Assembly: GCA_002189035.1 (NCBI GenBank)
Contig: NEEC01000010.1
Span: forward strand, 2,232,001 to 2,296,000
DNA length: 64,000 nt
Direction: 5' to 3'
Origin: Utricularia gibba
Taxonomy: Eukaryota; Plantae; Magnoliophyta
The stretch's first letter is position 1. The number at the start of each line of letters is the position of its first letter. Shown here in pieces: positions 41,040 to 54,500 of the stretch. Both the position numbers and the translations under genes were made by a program. The notes under the pieces were generated by a model. That model was not told where the DNA came from, did not search any database, and was given only the letters and a program-made list of their open reading frames with translations.

Positions 41040-43160
41040 TTTTATGTACTTCAAGCAAGCTTCGTAATCGGGGAAACGGAGGGGTCCCCCGCGGCGGAGC
41101 TCGATGACGATCTTGACGGAAAAGCTAGGCGAAGTTTTTGACACAAATGGACAGCATCGAGGTGGTGAGTTTCTCCGCACTTAAACAAGCTTTCCGTCCG
41201 CTTTAAACGGAGTATAACGAGGTCAAACACCTGAGAGGGGCTCGGTCTTCTCCGGTCAAGCAGGAGGCGTTTGTGTGAGGAGATGATGGCGATGAAATTG
41301 GATCTGAGCTCCAGTAGCTTGGAATGGCACGACACGGCGAAGGTAGATGAAGTCGTGGAAGAGGAAGGAAGAATAGCAGCATTAGATGACGCGGTTTTGC
41401 AGATCGGGAGTGGTAACTTGTGCTCTTAGACGGGATGATTTCTGATGAAACTATAGATGAAGAAGGTATCGTAAACGCTCTATGTCGCCTGCTGATTGTT
41501 CATAAGCGACAAGCACAAGGTAATTGCAGAGGCCATGAATTTAGAATCGAAGCTGAATTTGGTAGCTTTCTTATCCCTTCGCTCCGAAGTGTGCAGGAGA
41601 AGATGAAACAGTTGGAGTTTCTATCAGCTTTGGTGAAGTCAATGGCACGCGATGTCCATGAGCAAGGAGAGACTGTGGGCCTCCTACGGACCTTATCCGA
41701 TGATGTTGGACTCAACCGCAGAATCGGGCGAATAGCAGATGCATCTGGCTGCTGATCTACACAGCAAATTCAGATAACAAGAAGGCTGCACATGATGCGG
41801 AGATTCTGCTCAACTCTATGTCGAGTAATCCTATATTCAGATTCCCTAAATCCTCAGCGTGTTATTCATATGGCTGAAGCTGGTTGCTTTAAACCTATAT
41901 TCAGATTCCTCGAAGGAGGTGGACAATCATTCCTCATAGTCTGGAAAGCTCAGTGTAGTGTTTGTAGCTTAAAACAGTTCCACCATCTTTCCAGGATCAG
42001 ACATGAACAAGATTCTGATGGCAACAGCCTAATCCAAACTAAAACTCCATGACCAACACGAGGCTTTCCTAGGAGAAAACGGGGTCATAGACTCACTCGG
42101 AAGAGTGCTCAATAAAGGGAATCTTGGGGCTAAGCTTTCCTCCTTAAAGGCCTTGCAGATGTTATTGGACTTCACAGAAAACGTCATATGGTTGATCGAT
42201 CCCAGGATTGTATCATATTTTTTGAATCTGTTCTGTGTCTTCGGTGATGATGACACTTAGAGAACGAGCAGCAGAAATTCTGACAAAGGTGGCAAGATCA
42301 GAAAACATTCTAGTTAATCAAGATATGACGCACCAGATGCTCTAACTTCTGAGTTTATCTGGCCCACTGATTCAAGGCCATCTCATGGAACCGTTGAATT
42401 CTGTAGCTTCTCATAAGAAGCTAAAAATGGCTCGCATGCTTGCCAGTGGTTTCATCATCAAATTTGGAGTCTGACCGGGTAGCATCCCTTGGAATTCTCG
42501 GCATTTTTCCTGTGAATGACGAGGAAATCTCGGACATCCTAATAAAAGCACCTCTGATAGTTTCCATGATCAATTCAAGCTACTGCCAGTTTGATAGAAA
42601 CAACCGATCAACTGACTCCTGCACATTCCTGCTGCCAAGTTCACAGTTCTTCAGAGATCACCAACTCTCTCATAATACTCCCAAGCTTTCCCAGTCATGG
42701 AAATTGCAATGGCTACATGTCCTGACTCCTGCACATTCCTGCTGCCAAGTTCACAGTACCTACTGCTCCACAAGCAGCACCCTATCTGTAATCAAAGCTG
42801 GAGATCCACATCTCTTGGTCCAGACTCTCGACGGGAACCAAAGGGGCGCAGATGCATCCATCCTAAGCTGCCCTTCAACACTCATATACCAGATGGAATA
42901 TGGGAGAGCGGATGCAAATATGTCGCCCACAACTCCATCCTCCCTCTGACCATTAAGATACTTTCCTGTGGGAGCTTTAAGGCCAAGGAGAAAGCTCTGT
43001 GGATATTGGAAAAAATATTTAGAGTCATGGCTAATAGAGATGCCTACGCTCAAACAGCTCAAGCTCTGCTTACTGATCTTGTGCATAATGATAATCCCTG
43101 CTTGCCCCCAACATGGCTAAGCTGCTGGCAGTGCTTGAGATCCTGCTATATAAGTCTAGT
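41040..43160 (+). pseudogene. PUB43/44-like ARM-repeat gene, heavily decayed
   Basis: Fragments LCEEMMAMKLDLSSSS, LDDAVLQIGSG, EQGETVGLLRTLSD...RRIGRI, HMAEAGCFKP, NKILMATA, EKALWILEKIF. It has many stops, deletions and frameshifts, plus an exact 36-nt internal duplication (42612-42647 = 42722-42757). Confidence 0.8.
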
Positions 43161-43539
43161 TACTTCTGATATTTTTTTTCACTTCATCATTCCTTCTCAT
43201 GCAACGAGCCCAAGCTTTTACAGCACGTTAGAAATCCCATTCCTTTTACGGCCAATCCAATCAGAGTGTCAATGCTCAAGGGCAAGAATCACAAGTAGGA
43301 AAAGAGCTAAAGGACTGTTAATACAATACAATACTTTACATGTCAATAGATCTAGCACAGATAGTAACTAAAGAAACATAATAAACCCTAAAACCCATAG
43401 TTATTCGCCACTATTGTCCTAGCAGAGCACAACTAATCAGAATCCATGCATCAATTCGTATACTTGATCAAAGGGTTAAGAAAAAAGGCGGAAAAGGCTG
43501 ATAAAAACGAGAAAATACAGACGAAAATGGTGTCAATGA

Positions 43540-44670
43540 TCAGTTCCCCATTGATCTAAGCTCTTTCAACTGCTCTCTAATCTGATCCTGCACCAGTTCA
43601 AGCCGCTTAGAGAAGACTTCCAACTCCAGAATCTGCTGCTTTCTCCACCGTTCATCAGCCGTTTTATCTGGAACAGTTCCCGGATAACACAAGGATATGG
43701 GGCTACCGGGGCCGAATGCGTGGCCGCAGCACAAGCCGCTGGAAAAAGCATTTGATCCTGTCAAACTGGGAAGCAACTCCTTCAGTATTGGGGATAGGCA
43801 ACTCTTGACAGTCTCTTCGATCACATTCGACATGGGCCCAGAAAACCCCATGTTCAGAACGGGTGCTGCAATCGGCGTTGCCATCGCAGGCGGCGTTTGT
43901 AAGATGTTGATGTTACTGTATCCTGAGTTGTGCAGCGGCGGTTTTTCCTCTGATTTCATGGACCCAGAAAGATTCCTCTTTCTGGAAGCAGGTGATTTGT
44001 TGTTGACCTCAACGCCTCCTGGAACGGTCCTCTGAAAAGCAAAGAAGTTTGGGTTGTTGAGATCGTCGTCATCGTCCTCTAGGGCGGCACCTCGGAAAGC
44101 AGCAGAACCGTTGGCGTTGACGGCGGCGTTGCCCCATATTTTGGAGGAAATTTCGAAGGTGGCCTGATCGTGGGGGCTCTTAAAGATGTAGTCTTTTCCG
44201 GAGCTGAATCTGGTGACTAGGTTACGATACTTCTTCTTCAGCCTCCGTAGCTTCTCAACAAGTTGATTCTTGTTGAAATCGAACTGCAATTTTGTCTTGA
44301 TTTGGTCGTAAAACGAGGACGTATCATGATACTGCTGCGAGGAGCCACGGCGAGTGGTATAGTCCAGAAACCCTTGCAAAAGCTCGATTTCGTCCTCATC
44401 CGTCCACAGGCGCTGGAATAGCTTCCGAGACTCATCCCCCGGTACCGGCCTCTTAGAGTCCGTCACATGGTGCTGCAGATGGAGATCGGGGACCGCGATA
44501 GTCACCTGGGAGATGGAGAGAGGAGCCCGATCAAGTGCAGCGGCGGCGGCGGCGGCAGCAGCAGCAGCGGAGGAGGAGGAATCGTCCTCGTCATGATCCG
44601 TAAGGTCGTCCTCGTCGTCAAGGAGGCCGTTGAAGATGACGGAGGAGGGTTCGGCGGCAGCGGCGGCCAT
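43540..44670 (-). CDS. GeBP/STOREKEEPER (DUF573) transcription factor, At3g04930-like, intronless, 376 aa
   Basis: FQRLWTDEDEIELLQGFLDY, FDFNKNQLVEKLRRLKKKY, and a C-terminal WRKQQILELEVFSKRLELVQ. Confidence 0.92.
   Translation of the reverse strand: MAAAAAEPSSVIFNGLLDDEDDLTDHDEDDSSSSAAAAAAAAAAALDRAPLSISQVTIAVPDLHLQHHVTDSKRPVPGDESRKLFQRLWTDEDEIELLQGFLDYTTRRGSSQQYHDTSSFYDQIKTKLQFDFNKNQLVEKLRRLKKKYRNLVTRFSSGKDYIFKSPHDQATFEISSKIWGNAAVNANGSAAFRGAALEDDDDDLNNPNFFAFQRTVPGGVEVNNKSPASRKRNLSGSMKSEEKPPLHNSGYSNINILQTPPAMATPIAAPVLNMGFSGPMSNVIEETVKSCLSPILKELLPSLTGSNAFSSGLCCGHAFGPGSPISLCYPGTVPDKTADERWRKQQILELEVFSKRLELVQDQIREQLKELRSMGN
44538..44580. repeat. Compound (GCG)n(GCA)n(GGA)n microsatellite encoding a poly-Ala/Ser tract
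   Basis: GCGGCGGCGGCGGCGGCAGCAGCAGCAGCGGAGGAGGAGGA, read directly. Confidence 0.8.
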
Positions 44671-45837
44671 CGGCGTTTGGTGATCGCGCGTGGGCTGTGG
44701 GGTTGGGTGCCCTCTACCCTGCCAATTTTTGCCCCTTTTTTTGGGTTAACCCCGAACCCGGTCAAGCAAGCGCACCACCCCCGCACCACCAGGCCCCATT
44801 CCTCGGACCCAGGCGCCTGACCCTCCCCTCTTCAAAGCCCACCCACACCCACCTACTACTACCACTCACCCCACGACCAACCCATCCAACGTTTGGAAAA
44901 CCTAATTAAATTGATTTTAATAGAATTTAAAATTATGAAAAAACGAGATTAATACATATTTGAAATATTTTTTAGAAATAATTATTATAAAATTAATTCA
45001 TATTTATAAAAAATTGAAATTTAAACAGTGTTTTGAAAATTTTTTAAATCTATTTTTACTTTTTAAAAAATAAAAAATAATTCTACAAAAAGTAATTTTA
45101 AAATTATAATATAAAAATTACTTTTGGAAAAATAAAAAATAAGTTACTTTTTTATCTTATTTCTAATTTTTAATTAGAATAGTTTTTTAAAATACTTATA
45201 ATTCATTTATATTTTTATCAATTATTTTTATTTTTTTAAAGTAACTTTGAAAAAATATAAATATATTCTAAAAAATTTTCAAAACACTACTTTAGTTTTT
45301 ATGCATAAAGTATGTATTTATTCATGTTCATTAATGTATATTTTATAAATTTTCAAATTTAAAAAAGTATTTTTGTATAAATCATTTTATACTATAAAAA
45401 ATATTTTATAAATCTATAAATTATATATACTTTATATTATTATAGTTTAATAAAATATTAAAATAAATTTAATTTATTGCAATGCCGACGTCAACTGGGG
45501 ACAAGGGGCAAAAAAGACAGAATTTTTATGTGCGTCTCCTTTCAGAAGGAATAAACGACTTCTCCGAAGTTAAAATCTTCTCTTTCATGGCGGAGACTGA
45601 AGTTGTCCGGGGAACAAGAAGGACAGCGACATGCATAAAGGGCGGCGTTCTGAGTGCTCCATCCACGCAATGCAAAAGCAGGTGCCCCCACGAGCGCCTT
45701 TTCCACCGCCCAAGACCGTCTAAAACAAACTGCTGATTTGGTTTGATTAGTCTTCTTCTCCCCCTTTTCCGCGATATTCCATATATAAGTTTCCATTCAA
45801 AGCTTCTTTCTCCGGCGAAACCCGGAGATCTTGAAAG

Positions 45838-47222
45838 ATGAAGATGAAGAAAGCATCTGTTCCTTGTTCGAATACGCCGAGTTATATGAAGCCCACTTCC
45901 AGTTTTGAGGCGAAAAGGAAACTTTCACCCGATTCAGGTACGAAATCGATGAGTAAATTGCGTAGAACCAGCAGCTTGGAGAAGACGGGCGGTTTGATTA
46001 CGAATCGCAGTCGTGACTTGGATGTCAAAAGGGCAACGTGCTCATCAACGCTGAAACATCGAAAATTTCCACCTTTTCTGAGTTTGAATCCAGGAGGAAG
46101 AGAGTCTGAAGGAGTTTCTACTGTTAAAGTTTGCCCTTATGTCTATTGTTCTTTGAATGGGCATTATCATGCTTCCTTGACGGCTTTAAAGCGCTTCATA
46201 TCAGCAAAAAGGAAAATGATCAAGGCCCAAAAGTGTTCAAAACCAGTTGATCTGGTAGAAGAAATCATTGCAGAGTTTCAACCATTTGAATTGAATTCTG
46301 AGGCCTCTGAGCTGGAAGAGTCAGCAATGACCATTATCGATGAGCCCTGCTTTGATTGTTGCGCAGATGATGAAAGGAAACTTGAACCGGGAGTCAGACA
46401 TGTCGATGAGCATTTCAAAAAGAAGGATGTGTTTACTGTTTGTGTACAGGAAATCAAACAGAAGTCAGAAGAGGGAAATTCATTTGCTCCATTGAGATCA
46501 GATTTGATTGATGAAGATACAAAGAACAGAGTGGAAATGCCACCAGAGCCAGCAGAAACTCATCTGGAGTTCGCGCTGAAGTCATCTGAACAAGAAATCA
46601 ATGGAGAGTATCAGTCATTTGAATCAGATTCTGAGGCTTCTGTGTCGGAGCAGTCATCAGGATTGGAATCATGCAAAGATGAAGAAGCTGACAACAGGGA
46701 GCTCATACCCAAGTCAGGGATGAATGTGTCGGATCAAACGAGCTTTTCCACAATCGGAAGCATGCAATTTCAAGTCAAGACAGCTCTCCAGCACCTGCTG
46801 ATAACCATGTGGAAGAAACAACTCTGCATTCCAAGAAGCATATTTCATCCCTACAAGAGCGTCATCTTCAGGGAGACTTGGTTGATGAAGATCATGACAC
46901 CGTAAAGGCACCAGCTCCAAGAAAATGCGATGATACAGGTGAATCCAGACACTTCAATCCTAAAGAACCAAACTTCCTCCCATCCGAGCCCGACAAAGAA
47001 GCAGAGAAGGTCGATCTGAAACATCAGGAGCTTGACGACAGGCGAAACTCAGAAGAGTGGATGGTCGATTACGCTCTCAGGCAAGTGGTTACCAAGCTCC
47101 GCCCCGCTCGCCGCAGGAAAGTAGCCCTCCTTGTCGAAGCATTTGAAAAAGTGATGCCAACGAAAAGCTTCAACCACCCTCCTCCCCTCCAGAACTCAAC
47201 TCCAATCCAACCTTGCAGGTGA
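45838..47222 (+). CDS. Plant calmodulin-binding protein (PICBP-like, CaM_binding domain); apparent -1 frameshift at about 46697-46720
   Basis: PSYMKPTSS, RATCSSTLK and KVCPYVYCSLNGH at the N-terminus; FNPKEPNFL...EKVDLKHQ...EEWMVDYALRQVV...KVALLVEAFEKV at the C-terminus. The two ORFs are offset by one base. Confidence 0.87.
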
Positions 47223-48055
47223 TCCCCACTCTCAAGCATCAACTACTTAGTGATCGATAACAAGTTTCGACATATCGTAAGAATTTGGGAAATGTAGAAG
47301 CGTCGAAAGCATGACACAAGATATCGGTTTGTCAAAGGTTCCTACGTTGGATTTGCAATGAATTCTACGCTTGTAGCTCCGTGGATGCTGATTGCTGAGT
47401 TTTGTCTGTTCAATGACATCTGATTCTGCACAACTGCAGTTACTAAAAAAAAAAAGAAAGAAAATGTTTTATAAAATTAAAAATAAATTTGACCAACAAT
47501 ATATATTTACAATAAAATGTTCAATATTAAAAATTATACCATTAATTTGAAAATGCAAATAATTGTCCCATCGCCCTTCTAAAAACGAGGTCTCTGTAAA
47601 GGTTCACGTGAATTTGGGACCATCCTGCCCGTGAATCTTCATTTATCCTTTTTATTCATTTATTTTTTTGCGTTTTTTCAAAAATTGTAGAAATTAAAAT
47701 CATAAATATCTTACAATTGAAACGGATAATATCTATTGCACGTTTTCGTATCGCTCGAAACGAATATGGAGGAATAAACTATCTTTTTCGATCAATTTTT
47801 TATTAGAAAATAGTTTTTTTCTTGTTTTGAACTATAGACTTGTCTAATATAGCAAGAAGATTTATCCAATCATAAGTGCAGACAAATTCTCTTCACATGC
47901 ATCAGAAGCAGGTTTCCACACTGCATTATTGCTTCACTTTTTGCGCTGCTCTGTGCGATCGACAGCCAGAGAGGAAGACTGTCACGGGGCACCACCGCCG
48001 TAGTATAAGATGATGGGAGGGGGAGAGATGCCGGTTGCCTGCCCATCGCTCCCCA

Positions 48056-49392
48056 ATGGAAGACGCCTCCTCCGCCTCGACGCTTACTCTCACACTACTC
48101 CTGCTTCTATGCCTCGCCGCCAGGACAGCGGCATCTCATGGCTCTTGCTCTGCATCAGAACCGGATTCAGATCTGTCCATCCTCCACATCCACGGCCATT
48201 GCTCGCCCTTCCGCTCTGCGGCGGCGACGTGGCTCGACTCCGTCCTCAGCATGGCCGCCTACGCAGATCCCAACCGCGTCTCCTACCTCTCCACCCTCGC
48301 CACGAACCGCTCCGCCACGCTCCCGGTCGCACCCGGGCACGTGATAAACACCGGCAACTATGTCGTTCGCGTTCAGGTCGGGTCACCGGGTCAGGTGATG
48401 TTCATGGTCTTGGACACTAGCAGCGACGCTACGTGGCTCCCGTGCATCGGCTGCGTCGGTTGCGCATCCTCTGTTTTCAACTCATCGGCCTCCGCTACGT
48501 TTGAGCTTGTGGACTGCTCTCTCCCCAATGCAGCGCTGTAAAAGGAGCCTCATGTTCGACGGAATCTGGGACGGGATCCGGGTCATGCCTGTTTAACCAG
48601 ACCTACGGTGGGGATTCGTCCTTCACTGCAACTCTGTCACGCGACGTGCTGCTTCTGAGCAATGACGTTGTCCGGAACTATGCGTTCGGATGCATGACGT
48701 CAGTTTCCGGCACGTCGACTCCGCCACAAGGGTTACTGGGTTTGGGTCGAGGCGCCATGTCGTTGATCTCGCAAGCCGGGTCACTTTATTCCGGTGTCTT
48801 TTCCTACTGCCTGCCAAGTTTCAGATCATATTACTTCTCCGGCTCGCTGAAGCTCGGCCCTGTGGGTCAACCAAAGAACATCAGAACCACCCCACTTCTC
48901 AAAAACCCCCACCGGCCGTCGCTGTACTATGTTAATCTCACCGGAATAACTGTCGGCAGGGTGAGCGTACCTATCCCTCCAGAGCTTCTAGCTTTCGACG
49001 TGAACACTGGTGCTGGAACGATCATAGATTCCGGCACAGTGATATCCAGGTTCGTCCAACCAGTGTATAATGCTGTCCGCGATGAATTCAAGAAGCAGCT
49101 GCCAGGGCCGTTTACCTCTTTGGGGGCATTCGACACTTGTTTCAATGCAACAAATGATGCAGTTGCACCGGCAATAACATTGCACTTCACAGACTTGGAC
49201 CTGAAGCTGCCATTAGAGAACAGCTTAATACACAGCAGCGCAGGATCACTGGCCTGCTTGGCTATGGCAGCAGCTCCAAACAATGTGAACTCAGTGCTGA
49301 ATATCCTAGCCAATTTGCAGCAGCAGAACCTCAGGATATTGTTTGATACCACCAACTCGCGCCTGGGCATTGTTAGAGAAGTTTGTAACTAG
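48056..49392 (+). CDS. AED3: Secreted aspartic protease, AED3-like (At1g09750-type); -1 frameshift at the C4 run 48523-48526
   Basis: Signal peptide, MVLDTSSD, GLLGLGRG...FSYCLPSF, IIDSGT and NLQQQN. One extra C restores CSLPQCSAVKGASC. Confidence 0.9.
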
Positions 49393-50743
49393 CGTTGTTA
49401 TGTTCCTGGGATGGCGTAGATGTAGTCGTGTTAGTTTCTTGTTGAATAACGAAGTCTGTACCTGAGACTGTTGTCTTGTATTGAACTTGGAACTTTTCCA
49501 TTCAGAGAAAGGGGATATTATTAGAGCAAACGTATTACTAGACACTGCTATTCATAATCAACAAATAACAGCCTGCAAATCATGGGATACATGCAATAAA
49601 TTCACACAAGGAGCTAGCATGAAGAAGTTTCACTACGGCAAACTCAACTGTTTTCCACATTAAACCCGAAACACAGGAAAGTTCGAGTGTAAATGACACG
49701 AATATGTTGCAGTGAGAGAGATCCACTACTCCTAAAAAAAGGTTAAGAGTATCAGAAATAGGTTGAAAGCTTCATCATTTGGCCACAAGATGTTTTATAA
49801 TGCCATCGATTTGAATGCAACAAAATCCAAATGAAAATGCTCTTGTGAACAAGTCACCCCCACCCCCCTCCGCTTGTAACCATCAATTTGCACGCATCCG
49901 TTGTCTATCGAATAAAAAGGTTACTCTAATTTGGATGAAAATCATGAAATTAATCTAAAGAACAAGAACAATCAAGATAAGTCTGGATGCACCGAAATTC
50001 CATGAATCGGAAAAGTTTAAGCTCATTTCTTGGAAATCCAAGAACAGTAAAACAAACTGCGGTGCGTTTGATCATATAGCCCAAAAGGCTATCACCACTA
50101 AAACCCTAGAAAAAACGTAACAAAGCAAACCAACCTGGGATTGGTGAGAGGAAACTGAAAATCATCACAAGGCAGAGCCGTCATCAAGATCATTGATGTA
50201 ACCACGCGAAAACCTTCTTCGGGAGCTCTTGTAGATGGGCGTATCTGCATCGTTATTCATGCCCTATAAAGCGGAATCGGAGAATGGACCAGCCTTCCTC
50301 GCCGGAGGAAGACGAAAATCAATAAACCCCCTTGTGGAGCTTTGCCCCAATAACCGCCACGCTATCCCAAAGTTGCCCTAATTTCAGCGTTTCATGCCAG
50401 AAACATACAGGTTTTCGGTTTGGATTGACGTTTCCATAAATAATTTATAAGTAATCATAAATAAAAAACCAAAATAATTCATTTTCCTTGGTTTAAATAA
50501 TTGGATTGGGCATGGATTGGTGTGGGCCCATCTGCATTGGGTTCGAAGGGCTGAACATGGTAAGTTTGCCACAAATTTTAAAATAATAATTAAAATAAAA
50601 AAACAACATGAAGCTCCTCCAAACCTAAACCATCAAACAGGGAAACAAGTAGCTAGAACCAAGGTTAGCAAATGGCACGCCTAAACGCATCAAAGAGACG
50701 AACAGGCATAAAACAAACGCATACTTCCGCCTCCAATCGAACC

Positions 50744-50941
50744 TCAATACGGCGGCGGAGCGCCGATACTAACGAACGGCCGGCCGCAGCCACCGGCAGA
50801 ATAATCGCACTCGTGAAACGTGTTCTTAATTTTGTCGAATCCATGCTGGAAAATCCCGAATCCGAAGACGATCCCGAGGGCGATTACGACGATTACGAGG
50901 CATGAGCACAAGCAGCAGACTTTGGAGGGGCAGCAGCACAT
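50744..50941 (-). CDS. Small Cys-rich single-pass membrane protein, 65 aa, function unknown
   Basis: MCCCPSKVCCLCSCLVIVVIALGIVFGFGIFQHGFDKIKNTFHECD...GRPFVSIGAPPPY: coding-like GC content and a clear TM helix. It resembles a conserved uncharacterised angiosperm family as I recall it (not verified). Confidence 0.75.
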   Translation of the reverse strand: MCCCPSKVCCLCSCLVIVVIALGIVFGFGIFQHGFDKIKNTFHECDYSAGGCGRPFVSIGAPPPY

Positions 50942-51555
50942 CTTCACGGATCCGAATCTGAATATCGCCGCAGAGAAAGTGGGGGGAGTTAAGGAAGAAT
51001 TGGGAAGTCAAGCGGTTACGCTACGCAACGCGAGTCTTGTGCCTTCGAAATTTGCCGTTTCGATGGAAATTTGAATCGCCTCTTTTCCGTTGCCCCTGAC
51101 TTTTTTTAATATCCAGAAATTTAGCAAAATACCTGACTTTGTCACTTATTACCAAAATATCCGAATTTTGTAAAGATATTTGTAAAAATATGGATAAAAA
51201 GTGTAGTTTTTAATAATAATTTTCTTGTATTCGATAAAACAGTAAATTAGGATATTATTTAGGGTTTAGATTTGGCACATTATGGGAATAAATAAAAATG
51301 AATAGTAATATTATTAAGGTAAATATATTTTAAAAATTAAAAACGCCGTACAATCTCCAAAATCATTTCGATCCTGTTGTGAATTCACTCCTCCCATTTT
51401 CACCGGTCCAAAATTCTCGATCAATCTCGAGGCGTTCGTCACCAGCAGCAGCAGCAGCACCGTATCACAATCGGCGGCGATATTGCTCAGATCTCCGTCG
51501 ATCAGGTTGCCGCAGGAGTTTCCTGGAGGAATCCTCATTTATTGCACAAACAAAG

Positions 51556-54500
51556 ATGGCTACTTCGGGGAACCCTAACGTACTTGGAGGGGGCAGCCCA
51601 TTCGATGTGCAGAATTTGTTCAGGCCTTCGACGCCGCCCCAGCCGCAGCCACTCACCTCTATTGCCTCCTCCAACCCTAATCCCCAAAATTTCATGGTTA
51701 ATGTAAGTAACCCCACAGATTTTGCTTCTGCTCATTTCCCGCCGCCTTCAACGTCTTATCCTCCGACGTCTGGAGGCGCCGGTGAAGGTGGCGTGTACCC
51801 TTTCCCACCTCAAGCTGCGGGCTTTGGTTACCATCCAGTGTATACCGCTTATTCTAATCCTCCGACGCCACAGAACCACCCGGAATTCGCGCCACCACAG
51901 AGGTCTTTGTCTTATCCTACTCCAACGCTGCAGCCCCAAGTGCAATCCACGGTGTCACCACTGCACGCCAATTTTCAGAGTCCCACGGTTCATTCGAATA
52001 ATCACGGGGCTCGATTGATGGCGTTGTTGAGTGCGCCGGCTACTGCTCTTGATGTCCAGCAGCAGCTCACGATGCCCATGCCTTCCAATTCTTCTTCAGT
52101 GCCAGATTCATCGCAGCCTCTGAATGCAGATAGCATGCCTTCTGCGATTGTGGGTTCACATCAGAATCTTGTGATGCGAATGCCAAGCAATAAGATACCG
52201 AAGGGGAGGCATTTGTTCGGCGATCATTTGGTGTATGATATCGATGTTAGGTTGCCAGGGGAGGCGCAGCCGCAGCTCGAAGTTACCCCTATTACTAAAT
52301 ATGGTTCAGATCCAGGACTTGTTCTAGGCCGCCAGGTTGCGATCAGCAAGAAATATATATGCTATGGGCTTAAGGGGGGTGCTATTCGTGTCCTTAACAC
52401 CACCACGGCGTTGAGATCGTTGCTCAAGGGCCTAAATAAGGTTTGCATCCCTCTACCCGCAATTTGTCTCCTAGAATTTCCCTAAATTACTTGTTTTCCT
52501 TTTTAAAACATTTTTGATTGTTATTCATTTTCACTCCTGGAGTTCCCCTCGTATAGTGTGGCAAGGAAATTTTAATTAGGCAATGAGAAGTTCTTGCTAT
52601 GCCTATTTAATTAAATGTTTTTGTACCCCACGCATATAAATTTTTCAGAGAGTCACAGACATGGCCTTCTTTGCTGAAGATGTTGACATTTTGGCCAGGT
52701 TACTGTCTTCCGTTTTCGTATCCTTGTGTTGATTTTTTTACTGTTGCACTAATGCTATCGGTTATTTTCACTCAGTGCTAGTGTAGATGGGCGTATTTAT
52801 GTGTGGAAGATTACTGAAGGCCCAGATGAAGAAGATAAACCTCAAATTTTTGGAAGGACAGTTATTGCCATTCATGTTACTGGACAAGGAGAAAATGCTC
52901 ACCCAAGAGTTTGCTGGCACTGCCATAAACAAGTAAACCACTTTAGTGATGCTGTATAATTATTGTAATTATCACGAAAGGCTAGATTTCTTTTCCTTCT
53001 TTTTTGGCTGAGCATATATGTATTTAGATTGTATTTTCAATTGCTGGTTTTTTTGACAGGAATTTCTGGTGGTGGGCATTGGAAAGCATGTTCTTAAGAT
53101 CGACACTACAAAAGTTGGAAAGGGTGAGAAGTTCTCATCAGATCAACCACTTCATTGTCCCATTCGGAAGTTGATTGATGGAGTTCAGCTCGTTGGTACA
53201 CATGATGGAGAAGTAACTGGCCTGTCAATGTGCCAGTGGATGACCACACGTTTGGTATCCGCTTCTATGGATGGCACAGTATGTTCTTAGTATATTATGT
53301 TTTATTTTTATTTTTTTCATGATGCATTATTCAATATCTTCACATGTATCCTGTGGATTGGTAGCTTCATTCTTTCAAATCTGGTGGATCTTTACAAATT
53401 AAAATTTCTAAAGCAAGTCTAGCAATCCCCATCGTTAAATCACTTTTTCCGTTGATCCAACTCTCCATTAATTTTGAAAATTATTAGCATATGCTACTTA
53501 GAAATTGAAAGTTAAGTGGATTCCCTCTTTCATAGACGGTTGTGGTGTTGCTGATAATTGCAAAAAATCTTTTTTTTTTTTAAACTTTCAACCTGTACAA
53601 ATTTTGTACCCGTCTAGAAATTTATTGGATTTGCAATTTACGGTCGTGCTGTTGCAGATAAAGATATGGGAAGACCGAAAGTCTCAACCAATTGCAGTTC
53701 TTCGGCCGCATGACGGACATCCTGTTAATTCTGCCACATTTTTAGCTGCACCTCCCCGCCCAGATCATATCATACTCATTACTGGGGTATTTGATGTTTA
53801 TAATATTTTATTTCTGTATGTGATGGTGATAAATGCTTGATTTGTGTTGTGTAGTGCCGGATGGTACAATGATCCTGCTGAAGATGTTATTTGGGTGGTT
53901 TGTGTGTGATTTGGCATCACGTGTTATACTGCTTACAATATTTTTTCAGGGCCCAATGAACCGTGAGTTGAAAATCTGGGTTCCAGCAAGTGAGGAGGGT
54001 TGGTTACTTTCAAGTGATGCAGAGTCGTGGCGCTGTATACAGACATTAGAACTGAAGACATCAGAAGCTCTGGCGGAAGAAGCTTTCTTCAATCAAGTGA
54101 TGGCATTGCCACAAGCTAGCCTTCTTTTACTGGTAAACGCAAAGAGGAATGCAATATATGCTGTGCACTTGGAGTATGGTCTATACCCAGCAGAATCGTG
54201 TATGGATTACATTGCAGAGTTTACTGTAACAATGCCGATACTGAGTTTCACAGGAACAAGTCAATTATTGCCTCATGGTGAACAAGAAGTTCGGTTATAT
54301 TGTGTCCAGACCCAGGCTATTCAGTACTATGTATTGGACTTGTCACAGTGTCTGCCACCTCCATCGGCAAATGTGTGCGAGAGGTTGGACTCCAGTGCCA
54401 ATCTTGATGCTTCTAGTTCCAAGGCTTTTGTGGATGTGGAGGCTTTCTCCAGTGTACCAGATATTTCCATTTCAAGCATGCCTCCCAAGTCAGCCATCAG

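Noticed and set aside
50229-50244. 15-nt match TGTAGATGGGCGTAT to a VCS exon (about 52782)
   Set aside because: Too short and with no flanking similarity, so compatible with chance.
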